A DNA stretch of 64,000 nucleotides from an uncultured Fidelibacterota bacterium (GTDB taxonomy: Bacteria > Fidelibacterota > Marinisomatia > Marinisomatales > UBA1611): assembly GCA_937893835.1 (NCBI GenBank), contig CALCSS010000050.1, forward strand, positions 5,456 to 69,455, in the 5' to 3' direction. Shown piece by piece: positions 25,477 to 34,801 of this stretch (position 1 is its first letter; each line of letters begins with the position of its first letter). The notes under the pieces are model-generated. The model was not told the DNA's origin and did no database searches. It saw only the letters and a program-made list of their open reading frames with translations. The position numbers and the translations under genes were made by a program.

Positions 25477-27630
25477 ATGGATAACAATATTATGTTTGTA
25501 TTGGTTGCTGGATTTCTAGCACTTGTCTTTTCTTATTGGAAGACTAGTTGGATTGAGAGCCAGGACCAAGGAACAGAAAAAATGAAAGTAATTGGTGCTA
25601 GTATTGCAGATGGTGCCATGGCATTTCTAAGGGCTGAATACCGCGTTCTTACTGTATTTGTAATTGCCGTTGCTATTCTTTTGGGGGTGGCGAATATGAA
25701 CAGCACCGAATCAAGTGCGTTTATTGCACTATCATTCCTTATTGGTGCGATAGCATCGGGTTTAGCTGGATTTCTTGGAATGAAGGTTGCAACCAAATCA
25801 AATAATCGTACCACTAATGCAGCACGAGATAATTTAGAGACCGCTCTTAATGTTGCCTTTAGTGGTGGATCTGTAATGGGATTAAGTGTTGTAGGATTAG
25901 GGGTCTTGGGGCTAGGTGGCCTTTTTCTTCTCTATACAAATATGTATGGCGCTGATTCTACTAACATAGGTACCGTACTGAATATTTTATCAGGTTTTTC
26001 TCTGGGGGCATCCTCTATCGCCTTATTTGCACGTGTTGGTGGTGGGATATATACCAAGGCAGCTGATGTTGGAGCGGACCTAGTTGGAAAGGTTGAAGCG
26101 GGCATACCTGAAGATCACCCATTAAATCCGGCTACAATAGCTGATAATGTCGGTGATAATGTCGGTGATGTTGCTGGTATGGGCGCTGATCTTTTCGAAT
26201 CTTATGTTGGCTCAATTATAGGTTCTATGGTACTTGGTGCGAGCATTCTTGTCGCAGGCGGATTTGATTTGAATTTCGTTTTGCTACCTCTTGTCATTGC
26301 TGCATCTGGCATTGTGGTGTCCATTATTGGAACGTTTATGGTTGTGGTCAAGGAAGGCGGTGATCCTCAAAAGGCTCTCAATCGTGGCGAGTTTGGCAGT
26401 GCGGCCATTATGGTGGTGGTAATTTATTTTCTTATTCAAGAATTTCTTCCAGTCACATTTAACCAAGGTGGCGAGATCTTTAGCAGCCTGGGTGTTTTTT
26501 ATGCTACAATAATTGGACTCATGGCAGGCCTTGGAATAGGTTTGATTACCGAGCACTATACTGGAACTGGAACCGCACCAGTAAATTCAATTGTTCAACA
26601 ATCCATCACTGGTCCCGCCACAAATATAATTGCAGGTCTTGGTGTTGGAATGCAATCTACAGCGGTTCCCATATTGATTATCGCAACAAGTATTGTTGGA
26701 GCATTTCATTTTGCGGGTTTATATGGTATTGCGATGGCAGCACTGGGGATGTTGGCCAATACAGGAATACAATTGGCTGTTGATGCCTATGGCCCAATCT
26801 CTGATAATGCTGGTGGTATAGCTGAAATGGCAGAATTACCAAAGGAAGTTCGAGAGAGAACAGATAAACTGGATGCTGTAGGTAACACAACAGCAGCCAT
26901 TGGTAAGGGTTTCGCAATTGGTTCAGCTGCTTTAACAGCACTGGCATTATTTGCCGCCTTTATGGTACAAAGTGGAATTAAATCAATTGATATTGCTGAT
27001 CCATGGGTAATGGCTGGTCTTTTTGTAGGTGGTATGTTGCCATTTTTATTCTCATCTATGGCAATGGGCGCAGTTGGGCGAGCAGCGATGTCAATGATTG
27101 AAGAAGTACGTAGACAGTTTCGTGATATACCTGAATTAAAACAGGCTCTTAAGCTTATGAACTCGAAGGATCAAAGTGACTGGAGTGATAGTGATAGAAG
27201 TTTGTATGAGGATGCATTGAGCAAAGCTGAACATGGACGCTGTGTTGAAATCTCTACACAATCTGCAATAAAAGAAATGGTGATTCCTGGCCTTCTAGCA
27301 GTAGTCTCACCCGTCTTAGTTGGATTTGTATTTGGTCCAGAAACTCTTGGTGGTTTATTGGCAGGCGTCACTGTGTCTGGTGTTTTAATGGCTATCTTCC
27401 AATCCAATTCAGGTGGTGCATGGGACAATGCAAAAAAGATGATAGAAGAAGGGATATCAATTGGAGAAGAGTCTTTAAACAAAGGCTCAGAGGCACATAA
27501 GGCAGCCGTTGTTGGCGATACAGTTGGGGACCCTTTTAAAGATACATCGGGCCCATCGCTAAACATATTGATAAAACTTATGTCTGTAGTTTCATTGGTT
27601 ATTGCACCTTTATTAAAAGATATGTCGTAA
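25477..27630 (+). CDS. hppA: Membrane-integral ion-translocating pyrophosphatase (K+-dependent type)
   Basis: 717 aa with ~16 TM segments. Motifs are [39 protein letters not shown] and [21 protein letters not shown]. An SD aaggag lies upstream. Confidence 0.96.
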   Translation: MDNNIMFVLVAGFLALVFSYWKTSWIESQDQGTEKMKVIGASIADGAMAFLRAEYRVLTVFVIAVAILLGVANMNSTESSAFIALSFLIGAIASGLAGFLGMKVATKSNNRTTNAARDNLETALNVAFSGGSVMGLSVVGLGVLGLGGLFLLYTNMYGADSTNIGTVLNILSGFSLGASSIALFARVGGGIYTKAADVGADLVGKVEAGIPEDHPLNPATIADNVGDNVGDVAGMGADLFESYVGSIIGSMVLGASILVAGGFDLNFVLLPLVIAASGIVVSIIGTFMVVVKEGGDPQKALNRGEFGSAAIMVVVIYFLIQEFLPVTFNQGGEIFSSLGVFYATIIGLMAGLGIGLITEHYTGTGTAPVNSIVQQSITGPATNIIAGLGVGMQSTAVPILIIATSIVGAFHFAGLYGIAMAALGMLANTGIQLAVDAYGPISDNAGGIAEMAELPKEVRERTDKLDAVGNTTAAIGKGFAIGSAALTALALFAAFMVQSGIKSIDIADPWVMAGLFVGGMLPFLFSSMAMGAVGRAAMSMIEEVRRQFRDIPELKQALKLMNSKDQSDWSDSDRSLYEDALSKAEHGRCVEISTQSAIKEMVIPGLLAVVSPVLVGFVFGPETLGGLLAGVTVSGVLMAIFQSNSGGAWDNAKKMIEEGISIGEESLNKGSEAHKAAVVGDTVGDPFKDTSGPSLNILIKLMSVVSLVIAPLLKDMS

Positions 27631-27646
27631 ATAAGAAGGAGATATT

Positions 27647-28138
27647 ATGTCATTTTACGAAACGCTTTATATTATAGATCCTAATCTGGAGAACAGAACT
27701 TTGGAAAAGACTATGAATGAAATTGGAAAAGAGCTAGAAAAAACAAAGTCCAAGATCATTAATCATCGAGTGTGGGGTAAGAAACGTCTTGCATACCCTA
27801 TAGAAAGGCAGAAGTATGGTTCATATGTTATTATACAGTTTGAGGGTGGAGATCAAGGGGAAATGATTGACTTTGATACATGGATGAAACTTAATAATTC
27901 TGTACTTAGGCATATGACAGTGTTGCTAGATGAAAAACCAGAAACTTATTTAGAAGAAAAAAAACCAGATCTAGAAAATGAGGAAAAAGAATCAATTGAG
28001 TCTGAAACAGAGGATAAACCAATTGTCAATGAGACTGTTGCTACCAAATCTGAGCCCGAGCATGAGGTGGAAGAATCTATAGATCAAGACAAGAGTCCTA
28101 GTGAAGATGAAAACCTTGAACCAAAGGAGGTAGAATAA
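27647..28138 (+). CDS. rpsF: 30S ribosomal protein S6 with long acidic C-terminal extension
   Basis: 163 aa. The N-terminal ~95 aa have S6 motifs ([21 protein letters not shown]), followed by a ~65-aa Glu/Asp/Ser-rich tail. An SD aaggag lies upstream. Confidence 0.93.
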   Translation: MSFYETLYIIDPNLENRTLEKTMNEIGKELEKTKSKIINHRVWGKKRLAYPIERQKYGSYVIIQFEGGDQGEMIDFDTWMKLNNSVLRHMTVLLDEKPETYLEEKKPDLENEEKESIESETEDKPIVNETVATKSEPEHEVEESIDQDKSPSEDENLEPKEVE

Positions 28139-28368
28139 TGGCATTTCAAAATAGAAATAAATTTTGTTATTTTAAGGAAAATGGAATCAATAAGATTGAT
28201 TATAAGGATGTAAAACTACTTCGCCGTTTTGTAAATGACCAGGGTAAGATCATGCCACGACGGGTAACGGGTACCAGTGCAAAGATGCATAGAAAATTAG
28301 TACGTGCAATAAAAAGGTCAAGGTCAATCGCCTTGTTGCCATATGTAGAAAGAGGAATAGACAAATAG
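28138..28368 (+). CDS. rpsR: 30S ribosomal protein S18
   Basis: 76 aa. Motifs are [26 protein letters not shown] and [13 protein letters not shown]. It starts with a TAATG overlap with rpsF. Confidence 0.95.
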   Translation: MAFQNRNKFCYFKENGINKIDYKDVKLLRRFVNDQGKIMPRRVTGTSAKMHRKLVRAIKRSRSIALLPYVERGIDK

Positions 28369-28375
28369 GAAGATT

Positions 28376-28819
28376 ATGGATATTATATTATTAAAAGATT
28401 ATGATGGACTGGGGGATGCCGGAGATGTGGTCAATGTAAAACCTGGTTTCGCTAGAAATAAACTTATACCAGAAGGTGTAGCACTCCGTGCATCAAAACG
28501 TAATTTAGCAATTGCGAAAGAACGAAAGAAAACAGCACATACTAGACGGGAAAGAGAAAAAGCCACATATGATTCACTAGTAAAAACATTATCTAAAACT
28601 GAAATAACAATTGAAGCAAAGGTTGGCGAAGAAGATAAGATGTTTGGATCGGTTACTGCCATAGACATTCACAAATCATTGGAGGATCAGGGTATTGAAG
28701 TTGATCGCCATGCGATACTACTCGATGAACCGATAAAAGCCTTGGGTATATACCATGTCCCCGTAAGAGTTGCGTCTAATCTTAATGGTGATGTAAAAAT
28801 ATATGTTATAAAATCATAA
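28376..28819 (+). CDS. rplI: 50S ribosomal protein L9
   Basis: 147 aa. The N-terminus is MDIILLKDYDGLGDAGDVVNVKPGFARNKLIP, a typical L9 N-domain. Confidence 0.95.
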   Translation: MDIILLKDYDGLGDAGDVVNVKPGFARNKLIPEGVALRASKRNLAIAKERKKTAHTRREREKATYDSLVKTLSKTEITIEAKVGEEDKMFGSVTAIDIHKSLEDQGIEVDRHAILLDEPIKALGIYHVPVRVASNLNGDVKIYVIKS

Positions 28820-28908
28820 ATCTTTTTATAAGATTTACAAATTATGTTTTTGTATTGATATAGGGGGTCTATTGAACTATAATTTTCTGATAAACAAACT
28901 CCCTTATT

Positions 28909-31146
28909 ATGTTTGCTGAAGTTGCATTCCCTATATCAAATTTTAAAACATTCACATATGCAATTCCCCGTGATTTAAGTAAAAAGATCCATATAGGCTC
29001 TAGGGTAAAGGCCCCCCTTGGAAAACGTAAATTGATAGGGATTATTGTTAATATCCTTGAAACCCCCCCATACAAGGGTGAGACTAAATCTATTGAAGAT
29101 ATAATAGATGATTTTCAAGTAGTTACTCCTGAATTATGGAAATTAATCAGCTGGATCTCTAATTATTATATGACCCCCTTGGGCCAGGTAGCAAAAACTG
29201 TGCTACCCAATAATCTATCAACGCGTTACAAACCTTTAAAAATTTTGTTTGTTGAATCGATATTATCTGAAAAAAAAACAAATATAGAGTTATTGAAAAA
29301 ACGAGCACCGAAGCAATACGAGATTTTAAATAAAATTCAATTATCAAAGTCTCCCCTAAAGGTCTCATCATTGACGGAATATTCATCAAACCCCTCACAG
29401 ATTTGTAAGATACTGAGTGGGAAAAAATTAGTTCGACTATTTGAAAAAGAATCTATACCAAGTTCTAGTGCCTTTTCATTTGATCCAGTTGACAAAAAAA
29501 TAATATTTAATCAAGATCAAGAGAGGGTCTCCAAAAGTTTAAAACAATCATTAGAAAATGAAGTTTATATGCCATTTCTATTACATGGAGTTACTGGCAG
29601 TGGTAAAACTGAGATTTATATTGAGGCAGTAAGGTACTGTCTAAAACAAGGTCGTACTGCAATAATCCTATTGCCTGAAATTTCACTGACCCCACAAATC
29701 TCCGGCAGGTTCAAATCGGTTTTTGGTGATACAATTGCTTTGTGGCATTCAAAACTAACACAACGACAAAGATCCTGGACATGGAAAGAAATATGTAAAG
29801 GCTCTTATAAGGTCATTATTGGGGCGCGTAGCGCCGTGTTTTCCCCATTAAAGAAATTGGGATTGGTTGTGATAGATGAAGAGCAAGAAGCATCTTTTCG
29901 TCAAGATTCACCTATGCCTAGGTATCATGCTAGAGACGTTGCCTTGATGCGTGCAAAATTTAACAATGCCGTTATTGTGCTAGCTAGCGCCACTCCTAGT
30001 TTGGAAAGCTATTACAACTACCTAAATGAGAAATTAAATTATCTATATCTTCCAAATCGTTATGGAGATGCAAAATATCCTGTTGTGCATCTGGTGGATA
30101 TGTTGGAAGAGCAAAATGATACAGGAAAATTTGGTCAGATAATTTCAGGTTTATTGCAGGACAAGATAGAAGAGCGTTTAAATAATAAAGAACAAATTAT
30201 AATTTTACAAAATCGTCGAGGGTTTTCCCCAGTTATAAGGTGTGGAGATTGTGGTCAAATAATTATATGTCCATATTGCAATGTTTCAATTAGTTACCAT
30301 ATTAAAACGGATAATCTTTTATGCCACTTTTGTGGTCATTCCAAAGTAAAACTTGATCAAAATTGTTCTGATTGTAATAGTAAAAACCTGCATTATTCTG
30401 GAACTGGAACACAAAAAGTAGAGATTTTGCTTCGGGATACCTTTCCAAAGGCATCAATACAAAGGTTGGATATGGATACATCCCTATCTGGTAGGAATAT
30501 CACCAATATTTTAAAGGCTTTCAATAATGGCGAGATTGATATCCTATTGGGTACCCAGATGATTGCGAAAGGCCTAGATTTCCCCAATGCGACATTAGTT
30601 GGGATTATCAACGCTGACCAAGGCCTTTATTTACCAGACTTTAGATCAGGTGAAAGAATTTTTCAATTGATCTATCAAGCATCTGGTCGCTCAGGAAGGA
30701 GAAACAAGCAAGGCGAGGTTGTAATTCAAACATATTCTTCTGAAAATCCTGTTATAAAAAGTGCTTCAATGTTGGATATGAAAAAATATTATGAAATAGC
30801 CTTAAAAGAACGTGAAGAATTAGATTATCCACCATACAGTTGGTTAGCAAAAATAGAGATTACTGGTTCAAATCAAGAAAACACATCATTACTGGCAATT
30901 AATATTGCACAGGCAATTAATGGAGATTATACTGGGCTTAGCATCTTGGGTCCAGTCCCATGTTATATAGAGAAACTAAGAAATAATTATCGCTTTCAAA
31001 TTATTTTCAAATCAGTCAAGACATTGGATCCAAATGGTAAAAAACTTCATTCATTTATTAATCGTAACTTTAATCACATTTCTCAAAAACATCAAATTGG
31101 AAAAGCTCGAATAAAGATTCATTTTGACCCACTTAGTTTAATTTGA
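28909..31146 (+). CDS. priA: Primosomal replication-restart helicase PriA
   Basis: 745 aa. Walker A is HGVTGSGKTE and the DEAH-like box is VIDEEQE. There is a Cys-rich zinc insertion (CGDCGQIIICPYCNVSISYH..LLCHFCGH..CSDCNS). Confidence 0.93.
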   Translation: MFAEVAFPISNFKTFTYAIPRDLSKKIHIGSRVKAPLGKRKLIGIIVNILETPPYKGETKSIEDIIDDFQVVTPELWKLISWISNYYMTPLGQVAKTVLPNNLSTRYKPLKILFVESILSEKKTNIELLKKRAPKQYEILNKIQLSKSPLKVSSLTEYSSNPSQICKILSGKKLVRLFEKESIPSSSAFSFDPVDKKIIFNQDQERVSKSLKQSLENEVYMPFLLHGVTGSGKTEIYIEAVRYCLKQGRTAIILLPEISLTPQISGRFKSVFGDTIALWHSKLTQRQRSWTWKEICKGSYKVIIGARSAVFSPLKKLGLVVIDEEQEASFRQDSPMPRYHARDVALMRAKFNNAVIVLASATPSLESYYNYLNEKLNYLYLPNRYGDAKYPVVHLVDMLEEQNDTGKFGQIISGLLQDKIEERLNNKEQIIILQNRRGFSPVIRCGDCGQIIICPYCNVSISYHIKTDNLLCHFCGHSKVKLDQNCSDCNSKNLHYSGTGTQKVEILLRDTFPKASIQRLDMDTSLSGRNITNILKAFNNGEIDILLGTQMIAKGLDFPNATLVGIINADQGLYLPDFRSGERIFQLIYQASGRSGRRNKQGEVVIQTYSSENPVIKSASMLDMKKYYEIALKEREELDYPPYSWLAKIEITGSNQENTSLLAINIAQAINGDYTGLSILGPVPCYIEKLRNNYRFQIIFKSVKTLDPNGKKLHSFINRNFNHISQKHQIGKARIKIHFDPLSLI

Positions 31147-31155
31147 TATATCTAA

Positions 31156-32064
31156 ATGACCAGATTGCATAAACATTTACAAATTGTATTAAACTTATCG
31201 ATTTATTCATCATTGTTGTTTTCAGGAACCAATTTTCCTGGAACGCAATTATTCTCATCATCTATATATTTGAGTATGGGAGGCGCAGGTTATTTAAGAT
31301 CATCTGTATCGTCTTTTAACATTAATCCTGCCGTATATGAAGGAAAAAGATTTTCTGCATCAATTATTAAATATCCAGCATCCATAGCAAGTCAAAATAT
31401 TGGAATAACCATACCCATGCTTAATAATGGTTTTGGAAGCTTTTCAATCAATCATATATCCTACGGAACTTTTGAAGGATATGATGAAGATGCCGAATTA
31501 ACTAGGTCGTATAGTTCAAGTGATACAAAAATAAGCGCCTCCTATTCAAAGGGTTTCTCAAAATTCCCCTTAAAAATAGGTATCCAATCAAATATTTATT
31601 TTTCAAATTATGATAATCACGATTTAAATATTTTTACACTCAATACTGGTATTTATCTTAAGCTAAAACCACAAAAGGCATTATTAGGTGTTTCGATTCA
31701 TGATTTTGGAAAAAATAATAGTCGATACAAAATTGACCTTATTCCCAAGCTTGTCATTAGCGGATCTAAAGAATTAAAATATCTACCGTTGAAAATTTAC
31801 ATGGACTTAATACCTAAAGAGAGTTCTCCTTTGATTGTATTTTTAGGTGGTGAATTTGATATAAATAAAAATTTCCAATTTCGAATCGGTTCATCAACTA
31901 GAAAATTTAATCAAAATATCGAAAAGGACCTTTTTAGTTCAATCGCTGGTGCCACCGGTTTAGGATTTGGATATGATATAAAAAATGCCATAATACATTA
32001 TGGAGTTTTTATGTATGGAACGGGTGCGTTAATTCACGGTATTGACATTGTGACCAACATATGA
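31156..32064 (+). CDS. Outer-membrane beta-barrel protein, PorV/PorQ-like (tentative)
   Basis: 302 aa with an N-terminal hydrophobic leader. The motif LSMGGAGYLRSS..NINPAVY resembles the GMGGA ... NPA motif of the PorV/PorQ-type family. It has an alternating beta-strand pattern throughout. The family call is from memory only. Confidence 0.4.
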   Translation: MTRLHKHLQIVLNLSIYSSLLFSGTNFPGTQLFSSSIYLSMGGAGYLRSSVSSFNINPAVYEGKRFSASIIKYPASIASQNIGITIPMLNNGFGSFSINHISYGTFEGYDEDAELTRSYSSSDTKISASYSKGFSKFPLKIGIQSNIYFSNYDNHDLNIFTLNTGIYLKLKPQKALLGVSIHDFGKNNSRYKIDLIPKLVISGSKELKYLPLKIYMDLIPKESSPLIVFLGGEFDINKNFQFRIGSSTRKFNQNIEKDLFSSIAGATGLGFGYDIKNAIIHYGVFMYGTGALIHGIDIVTNI

Positions 32065-33269
32065 AAAATCGAATCTTTTTTATTGGCCTTATTTTACTAG
32101 CATTATTAAATGCCCAGAATAATTATCCTATAGTATTGATTCATGGGTTTATGGGATGGGGTGAGAGTGAAATGGGTGATTATAATTATTGGGGTGGCAA
32201 AGAGGACCTAATTAAAACACTTGAGAACAATGGTAATATTGTCTTTGAACTATCGGTTGGACCCATATCATCTAATTGGGAGAGAGCTGTAGAAGCATAC
32301 TATCAATTGAAGGGTGGGCAGGTAGATTATGGTGAGGCCCACTCAAATAAATATAAAATAAACCAACACCCTTCTGGAAAAATTTATGATGGGCTATATC
32401 CTGATTGGGATAAAGATAATCCAGTTCATATCATAGGCCATAGCATGGGAGGGCAGACAGCGAGAATGCTACAGTATCTATTAACACAAGAGATATTCAC
32501 AGATGAAGAGATGCTTAAAAAGGAAGGCTCTATTTTACTTGGTCAGAGTCAGAATAATTTAATCAAGAGCATTACTACAATTTCAACACCACATGATGGT
32601 ACGACCTTAACTGAGGTTGTGACCAAGACAATCCCCTTCATTCAATATTTTATTGGATTTGCGGGAGTTATAGGTACTCAATTTTATGATTTTGACTTGG
32701 AACAGTGGGGTTTTACAAGAAATGATGATGAGCCTTGGTCAAATTATTTGAAGAGAATGAGAAATCATAGTGCATGGGGCACTAAAAACATTAGTGCTTG
32801 GGATTTAAGTTTAGATGGAGCAAGGGAGTTAAATAGCTATTTACAGGTCTCACCTGATATTTATTACTTTTCAATAGCAACATCAACTACACAAAAAAGG
32901 AAGGCAGGGTTAAACCATGACCCGGTCGAAGGGACGTCTATCTTGATAAAGACAAGATCAAAATTATTAGGTTCGAGGTCCGGTTATTGGTCTGATGGTA
33001 CAAAAACAGATTCGCTCTGGTTTGAAAACGATGGAGTCGTTAATACGGTTTCAATGTATGGTCCCACCACCGGCATGAATGGCGCTGACCCCGTAATGGA
33101 ATATGAAAAAAATGATATCCTTATACCCGGTCAATGGTATTGGAAAAAAATCGATGAAATGGACCACTGGAGTATAATTGGTCACCTTGGGAACGATGAT
33201 AGGCTTGAAAAAGCAGAAAAATATTTAATTGATCATGTTGGCGTATTAAAAAGTTTACCAATGAATTAG
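32061..33269 (+). CDS. Secreted triacylglycerol lipase (Geobacillus/Staphylococcus-type, family I.5/I.6-like)
   Basis: 402 aa with signal peptide MKNRIFFIGLILLALLNAQ. Motifs are YPIVLIHGFMGWG..YWGG, VGPISSNWERAVEAYYQLKGGQVDYG and the nucleophile elbow HIIGHSMGGQTARML. It is collinear by eye with Geobacillus lipase. There is an ATGA overlap with the upstream OMP gene. Confidence 0.85.
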   Translation: MKNRIFFIGLILLALLNAQNNYPIVLIHGFMGWGESEMGDYNYWGGKEDLIKTLENNGNIVFELSVGPISSNWERAVEAYYQLKGGQVDYGEAHSNKYKINQHPSGKIYDGLYPDWDKDNPVHIIGHSMGGQTARMLQYLLTQEIFTDEEMLKKEGSILLGQSQNNLIKSITTISTPHDGTTLTEVVTKTIPFIQYFIGFAGVIGTQFYDFDLEQWGFTRNDDEPWSNYLKRMRNHSAWGTKNISAWDLSLDGARELNSYLQVSPDIYYFSIATSTTQKRKAGLNHDPVEGTSILIKTRSKLLGSRSGYWSDGTKTDSLWFENDGVVNTVSMYGPTTGMNGADPVMEYEKNDILIPGQWYWKKIDEMDHWSIIGHLGNDDRLEKAEKYLIDHVGVLKSLPMN

Positions 33270-33279
33270 TTTATCTATA

Positions 33280-33291
33280 ACAAATATTTGT
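33280..33291. promoter_or_regulatory. Perfect 12-bp palindrome ACAAATATTTGT immediately upstream of the MarR-family gene (possible autoregulatory operator)
   Basis: Read directly. It is centred 17 nt upstream of ATG 33303. AT-rich DNA makes chance occurrence plausible. Confidence 0.3.
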
Positions 33292-33302
33292 AATATACAA
33301 CT

Positions 33303-33728
33303 ATGCGATATGGTGAATTATTAAACTCACTTCTAATAAACCTGCATGGTGTTTTTAAAAAAAATATTATGCTCGATAACGTATCCTTTCAAAAAATTAC
33401 GGCTCTTTCTGTTATTCCCATAGATGGAATAGAAATGTCCCCACTTTCAATCAGGCTTGGTATTGATAATAGTACAGCAACTCGCTTGATCATTGGAATG
33501 GAAAAAATAGGATGGGTAAATAGAGTTACCTCAAAAATCGACAAAAGAGTTACCCAAGTATTTTTAACTGAAAAAGGCATAGATATACAGATTGATCTAG
33601 AAAAACAAATAGATGCAATTGGTGAAGAAGTGGCAGTACAGATTGACCCACTTGACAGACAAAAAATAATAGACAATGTCTCTAACCTTAATTGGATTTT
33701 ACTAAGACTCTCCATAAGGAAAAAATAG
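33303..33728 (+). CDS. MarR-family transcriptional regulator
   Basis: 141 aa with a winged-helix pattern (MSPLSIRLGIDNSTATRLIIGMEKIGWVNRVTSKIDKRVTQVFLTEKG). Confidence 0.7.
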   Translation: MRYGELLNSLLINLHGVFKKNIMLDNVSFQKITALSVIPIDGIEMSPLSIRLGIDNSTATRLIIGMEKIGWVNRVTSKIDKRVTQVFLTEKGIDIQIDLEKQIDAIGEEVAVQIDPLDRQKIIDNVSNLNWILLRLSIRKK

Positions 33729-33736
33729 TTTGTATT

Positions 33737-34801
33737 ATGCAAACGAATCGAATAACCAAAAAAATTCTAAACTGGTATAGCCAAAATAAAAGACAACTAC
33801 CTTTCAGGTGCACTAAGGACCCATATAAGATTTGGATTTCAGAGATCATGCTTCAGCAAACACAGGTCAGTACCGTCATTCCCTTTTATGAAAAATGGAT
33901 TAACAAATTTCCAACTCTTCAATCTGTCGCAAAATCAAAATCAGATATTTTACTAAAGTCATGGGAAGGGTTAGGTTATTACAGAAGATGTGATAATTTT
34001 CATAAGGCATGTAAAATTATTGTAGAAAATCATAATGGAGTTATTCCATCTGATTATGACACCCTCAAATCTTTGCCTGGAGTAGGAGATTATACAGCAG
34101 GTGCTGTACTATCTATTGCTTTTGGCAAAGGAATTTCTGCAATTGATGGGAACGTAACACGGGTAATATCAAGACTATATGGGATTAAAAATCTGACCAT
34201 ATTTAATAAATTAAAAATTAAAAATTATGTTCTATCATTGATTCCACCATCAAATCCTGGGGATTTTAATCAAAGCCTCATGGAACTAGGCGCTTTAATT
34301 TGTTCACCCAGAAATCCTACATGTAGGACATGTCCCATATCTTTTAATTGTAAAGCCTTTCACAGTACATATCCAGATCAATATCCAAAAAAAGTTAAAA
34401 AAAAATCAATTCCTCATTATAATGTTGTTATTGCAATAATTTGGCGAAAGAATAAATTTTATATCCAAAAAAGAAATATAGAATCAATGTTGGGTGGTCT
34501 ATGGGAATTCCCTGGTGGAAAGGTAAAAAAAAATGAATCCCTAAAAGAGGCTCTTAAAAGAGAGCTAAAAGAAGAGGTTAACTTTACGCCAAAAATCAAA
34601 AAAAAGATTATTTCTGTTAATCATTCATATAGTCATTTTTCAATTACAATGCATTGCTATTACTGTATTGAATTTGAATCAAAGATCATTCCAAAAGACC
34701 CATCGAAATGGATTTCAAATAATGAAATAGACAAATATTCTTTCCCTAAAGCGAACCATAAAATCTTTAATTTCCTGAATGAAAATAGTTGGGATTTATA
34801 A
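33737..34801 (+). CDS. mutY: A/G-specific adenine DNA glycosylase
   Basis: Motifs are PYKIWISEIMLQQTQV, the HhH LPGVGDYTAGAV and the 4Fe-4S Cys ligands CSPRNPTCRTCPISFNC. The C-terminal MutT-like domain has GGLWEFPGGKV. ATG 33737 avoids the overlap with marR that the track start (33692) creates. Confidence 0.92.
   Translation: MQTNRITKKILNWYSQNKRQLPFRCTKDPYKIWISEIMLQQTQVSTVIPFYEKWINKFPTLQSVAKSKSDILLKSWEGLGYYRRCDNFHKACKIIVENHNGVIPSDYDTLKSLPGVGDYTAGAVLSIAFGKGISAIDGNVTRVISRLYGIKNLTIFNKLKIKNYVLSLIPPSNPGDFNQSLMELGALICSPRNPTCRTCPISFNCKAFHSTYPDQYPKKVKKKSIPHYNVVIAIIWRKNKFYIQKRNIESMLGGLWEFPGGKVKKNESLKEALKRELKEEVNFTPKIKKKIISVNHSYSHFSITMHCYYCIEFESKIIPKDPSKWISNNEIDKYSFPKANHKIFNFLNENSWDL

Noticed and set aside
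28818-28836. AT-rich hairpin aaatctt-tttat-aagattt after rplI as a terminator.
   Set aside because: The stem has a single G-C pair and no following T-run. It is too weak to call, so priA may be co-transcribed.
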